This document shows positions 59,442-64,000 of a stretch of DNA of 64,000 bases, one piece after another. Origin of the DNA: Eukaryota sp. TZLM1-RC (Eukaryota; Protista; Metamonada: BaSk clade); contig JAUPSS010000003.1 of the NCBI GenBank assembly GCA_040285825.1, forward strand, positions 1,922,001 through 1,986,000, in the 5' to 3' direction. Made by a program: the position numbers and the translations under genes. A model generated the notes under the pieces. The model was not told the origin of the DNA, did not search any database, and was given only the letters and a program-made list of their open reading frames with translations. Positions within the stretch are counted from its first letter, which is position 1; each line of letters opens with the position of its first letter.

Positions 59442-60750
59442 TCAGCTCCTCAACAGAGCTTCTGGGCAAATGTATCCTTCCGGCCACAATTCCGCTTTCT
59501 TCTTAATTTGAATATTTTTTGCAGCTCTGTCATAAACTCTTTGACACTCAGTAGGAATACGCATCTGCCATGAGTCTGCTTGAATATTCTCGGCGATGCA
59601 ACAACTGGACAATTTGCTTGTATTAAATTCACTGGTTGACAAGTGCTTCACGTCCTTTTGATAACACAACCATTTTCTGAAAGCGCTTGCTGATATATAT
59701 CGATTGACTTTTCGGCAGTGAGAAGGGAAATCAGCAGAACCCACAGCAAGGTAGAGTTTTTCAGGATGTCCCGCCAGCCTTTGAAATTTGTTGAGGCTCT
59801 CTCGGAACCGTCTCTCTTTTCGTCTGCGGTTATCAAATTTAATTATTTTCCATTCCTGGCGAGTATTTTCCAAGTACACTTTCCTCCTGACCAAATTACA
59901 ATGGTTCAAATATTGGTTGAAATTTTGAACGCAATATTGGTTGGGAGAGTGTTTACTTAGTGAAGGTTTTGTATACAATACATGACAAATACAATGGTAA
60001 ATACCTGTATTATAAATACCTTTGTAATATCATGTACTTTCTGCCAGTTGGGCAAGGAATAACTGCAAATTGATTTTCATTTAAGAAGTAACCACATAAT
60101 CTAGATTGGCCCAGATCAACGCCGATAAGGGGATTTTCAGGTATACTTTCGACTGGATGTCTGCGTGTTGGACGGGGAATTTTTTTAGCATCCTTCAACT
60201 GTATTTCTCTGGTTTTGTTGGCATTAGGGTCACTATTCTCTTCTTCTTTTAATCTTCTTTTTTTCGGTACTTCATCTAGCTCATTTGTGTTTTCTGAGTC
60301 ATTATTTTCACCTTGAAATGTTGGACTTGTACTGAATTCCACCACTCTCTTCCTGGGTGTCCATTCCTCTCCATAGTCAGCTCTTTCACAATCCAACTTT
60401 TCTCTTCTCTTAGACACTGTCAAAATAGTTAATGGTGGAATTGGGTCATCGCATTGTCATGTAAACCAACTCTTTTAAGAATTGTCTGGAGATTAAACCA
60501 TTAGTGGTGCTCAATATCAAGCAGTAATTTGGAAAAACTTATAATGATTTGTTCTGTGTTGAGTTGATTTTTCAGAAAATTCTGGCAACAATTTTCACTG
60601 TTAATTATCATGATGTTTGGGGCACAGTTTCAACTTTTCTGAACATCTTGGTTTGACGCTCAAGTGTTTTTTATGATTATGATGAATTATGATCGGGAGT
60701 TCTTCGTTAAGTTTGCTTTTGTGTACCCAATGGTTCTATTTGTACCTCGT
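59442..60750 (-). pseudogene. Fanzor1-type pseudogene, family 2
   Basis: RuvC-I LIGVDLG, AVGSADF, RuvC-II TSEFNTSKLSSCC, C.RVYDR-AAKNI (RuvC-III with an apparent short deletion), terminal CPEALLRS; frameshifted; 5' limit approximate. Confidence 0.78.
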
Positions 60751-61803
60751 TCCAACAAACAAAACAGCTAATGTAGATATCACGTTGTACAGCTAACCCA
60801 CGTGTACATTTTTAGTACTCAAAAAATTAATAAACATTTTGTTCTATCCAAAACATCTGATACAAACTCCTCGAACGAACATCTATAAAGTTATGCTTCA
60901 TAGTTGAGATGAAGACTGTCTTTACATTTAAACAAGTCCAATGAGACCATTGTATCAAACTAGGCCGAATCGTTGGCTAATCTTCGTTTAAGATTAAGCT
61001 AGCGAAATATAGTTAAGTGTGATACAAAGTGGTACAAATTGAAAAATGTCAGCAAAAGTAGATACTATCAATAGTTAATGCAATGAGGACAGCATTTGAT
61101 TGAGTCAGAAACACAAAAAAGAATTCAGGTAGGGATTAGGTAGGGAAGGGATTACTATTCAACCTAAAATTCAACCACAGTAAAAAATAATAAAGACAAG
61201 CATATCAAATACACAACTAAAGCTCCACGTGCTCACAATCTGCCTCGCCCACATTGAAACTGTTCTATGGACATTGGATTTTCGTTTTCATTATGGAAAT
61301 GGTAAATTCACGCCTCAACGTAAATTCTCCGTTTGTTGACCGATTATAGGTTTGCCTTGCTTTCTTGGTCACCGTGGAACGCAAAGAATCATCATTAGAA
61401 AAATTGTATCCCATGTTTGTAAAAACATTCAATCTAAAAAATACGATTGCAATTACTCATTTGTTTTATTGTAAACATCTTGTGTCCTTTAGAAACAAGG
61501 TTCATGATCTTGTAAGAGACAAAAATTTTGATGTATGTGTTTTTAGATGGTAAAGTAAGTGGTGTAATGGCTTCGTTCAATAACCAAAAATTGGTTCCTG
61601 AAAACCCTACTGATGTTATCACATTAAATATAGTTCGTACAAACCAAGAGGCACTGAACAAGTTTATGTTTTTTTTCGAATCCACCAACTATCGGAGATC
61701 TAACTCCTTTTCTGAAGTCGAAGTATTGCGTGCAATCTTTTCTAGATGCTGAAGATGATTTCCAAAAGAATAACAGAGTTGATATCATGTCATCTGAGTT
61801 AGA

Positions 61804-63569
61804 TTCTGTTAGTCCTTCTCTTTACAATCATTTCAAAATCTGCCAAAAAACGTATAGCCGTTAGAGCAAGTGAACCAAAAAGAAAAAATACAAATAAATA
61901 CAAATTGTATTTTGCATGCTGTTGACAGGACAACTTGGACAAAGGTTCATTGTATTTTTTGATTTTGAAATTTTCAGCATCAGAAAGAAAAAAGAAAGAG
62001 ACTTCGTTCCTTTATCTGGCCCCGTAATTTGCCTCATAATTCAATTTGTAAATGTGCTCAAAAAATTACACTTACTCATTTGTTAAATTATATTATTCTA
62101 AGAAGCAATGTTGCTGTCAAAGACCAATTTAATTTTATGTGTAATTTTCATAGTATTGAATCCTTTTTGAAACCTTGTTGTCAAATCTGTTTGATGCTGA
62201 TGATGATTTTCTAAAAATATACAGGTGATGTCATATTACCCAGATTAGATGGAGCCTCCATTTTATTGGATGTAATGTCTGATGATCCTTGTAATGTCTC
62301 AAATAAAAGGCTTGTGTTAGATTTTGGATAACATGAAATCACTGGTGATGACGTGGCAATAGTTGAATTTCTGTATTTGTCAATTATTAAAGCTTTTCTC
62401 CCGATCACTGCAGTGGAACCCAACAATAACGTTATTGTCCTTGGCCCTGTCCCAGTCCCTGTACAGTCACTGTTCTTGTTCCTGCCTTTGGTAAAACCGT
62501 TAGATGCGTCCTGTCGACCGTCCCTATCTAACCTCGCTGTCCGAGAAAGATGTATGTATGTCTTTGAGCGAATCTGAAGTGTATTAGTCTGTCACTGATA
62601 GCACTAAAGTGGTTTCGTTAAGACTTTCCGTACATCTTTTTATTTCAATGTCCTTAGAGTTGTGTGAACCTAAGGTTAATTCTTCTGATAGTGTTTTGTT
62701 TAACTTTTTGAAGTTCCTGAACAGTTTTCCCTCCTCTGAAGCTTTCAACGAGACGGTGTTTCGGTTGAAAATGAACGTAAAAATTACAAGTGCCAAAAAA
62801 AATGACCGATTACCTCAGAAGCTTTTTGAAGGTGAAGGAAAAGGCTGACTGTCTTGCCATTCTTAATTCTGTGTTTATAAAACAATTTGTCGCTGGTATT
62901 ACTCCTAAAGGACTTGCTGAATTCCTTGTCTCTCGTATCAATGTCCGATTGATTCCTGATTTCAAAACTCTTGTGCAGGTCGCTACTGAAAGAATTGTTG
63001 CCCATGATAGATCTAAAGTTTCACAGAACACTGAACTAGAAAAACTAGAACTAGAACTAGAAAAAGTGAACACTATTCTTTGTGTTGTTAATGAAGTAGA
63101 TACCAATACCTGTTCTAAATCACGCCTTGGTGACGTGCTGAATGTTTATGATAGTGATTATCCAGATGAAGAGCCGTATGAAGTTGTACTCAATCCTTTA
63201 ACAAAGAATTTGCCATCATCAGAGAAGAGAGGTGAAAAAGGGGTAGTGTTAGATGTTGAATAACATCAAATCACGTGTGATGACGTGGCAATAGTTTAAA
63301 TTCTGTTTTTGTTAATTAATAAAGCTTTTCCTTTGGTCACTGCAGTGGAACTCAACACTTGTTAATTCTGAAACTCACAATCTTTTATCAAATGCTGAAA
63401 ATTTTAAAATCAAAAAATACAATGAACCTTTGACCAAATAGTTTTAATCAACAGCATGTAAAATACAATTTATATACATTGGTATTTTCTCTATTTGGTT
63501 CACTTGCTCCCACGGCTATACGTGTTTTGGCAGATTTTGAAATGAATTTCAAGAGAAGAACTAACAGAA
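61804..63569. repeat. Inverted-repeat-bounded cassette, copy 2 (interior flipped relative to copy 1)
   Basis: Arms at 61804-61980 (minus) and 63392-63569 (plus). Confidence 0.85.
62315..63357 (+). mobile_element. Non-autonomous LTR element family 2 (zinc knuckle deleted)
   Basis: 111-bp LTRs at 62315-62425 and 63247-63357, TG...CA; TSD CTTG; purine tract GAGAAGAGAGGTGAAAAAGGGG. Confidence 0.9.
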
Positions 63570-63734
63570 ATTTCAACAGATTGTTTTGGCAAAATAAAAC
63601 TGTGTTTTTTCTTGTTAAGGGGATGTTGAGGATGGTTTCTGATGCTTTGCTTTCTCTTGGATCTCACTATGAGAGAATTGATTTTGGGAGAGATGGATTA
63701 TTTAAATTTTCATTTATAAGCTTTTCAATATTTG

Positions 63735-64000
63735 AATATTTATTGAACATGCACACTTGATTAAATTAATTCATAACTAATGGGACGAATATCATTGAAC
63801 CAAGATTTCCTCTACAAAATCTTGGTCTGCTTGCTGTCTAGCTAAAACTTCTCTAATTCGATTGAAAAACCGAGGTAATCTATTAATAATGCCAAATTAA
63901 ATCCGTGAACGCCATAAAAAATATCAAATCTTTTCATTGTTTTTTCTTAAACCATTTTTTTGAAGTCGTTCAAAAAAGTTTCTGCTTCTACTGTTAATCT
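63735..64000 (-). mobile_element. Family A retrotransposon 3' end, runs off window edge
   Basis: Same tail-to-tail junction with a family C end as at 39185. Confidence 0.9.

Noticed and set aside
61126-61153. TAGGG-like telomeric or G-quadruplex tract
   Set aside because: Irregular, only three G3 runs, no periodic repeat
855-63760. Numerous 60-140 aa ORFs overlapping genes or TEs in alternative frames
   Set aside because: Shadow ORFs, many with non-ATG starts; recurrence simply mirrors TE copy number
1-64000. Alternative genetic code (TAA/TAG read as Gln) to explain stops in Fanzor/TE ORFs
   Set aside because: Host genes are long and open in the standard code and end in TAA, TAG and TGA; TE copies also have frameshifts and TGA stops

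Overview
AT-rich, transposon-dense eukaryotic DNA, probably from a protist (lineage is inference). It uses the standard genetic code and has compact genes with 29-30 nt spliceosomal introns. Recognisable host genes are PIG-M, RPL13, a Qa-syntaxin, Nup107/Nup84, an ABHD1/2/3-type hydrolase, a long-chain acyl-CoA synthetase, a C19orf53/DUF2462-like small protein, two RCC1+LRR-like paralogs, tRNA-Asp(GTC) and a U2 snRNA; several ORFs are orphans. Between them lie many CRE-like non-LTR retrotransposons (RT + CCHC + restriction-like endonuclease), including one full-length copy with a TSD. There are also two families of short LTR elements, a deleted MULE, a probable hAT remnant and two families of Fanzor (eukaryotic TnpB-derived) pseudogenes. 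Three observations stand out. (1) The U2 snRNA keeps covarying stems, but its normally invariant branch-point-pairing GUAGUA reads GCAUA, and the tiny introns have a degenerate branch site at a fixed -7. (2) A large Fanzor1-type family carries an N-terminal MGCC-leader/2A StopGo/basic-patch module, an Asn at the RuvC-III Asp position in all three copies, and a conserved structured 3' end (candidate omega-RNA). (3) An inverted-repeat-bounded retro-derived cassette occurs twice, with its interior in opposite orientations. Coordinates of degenerate fragments are approximate and all alignments were done by eye.
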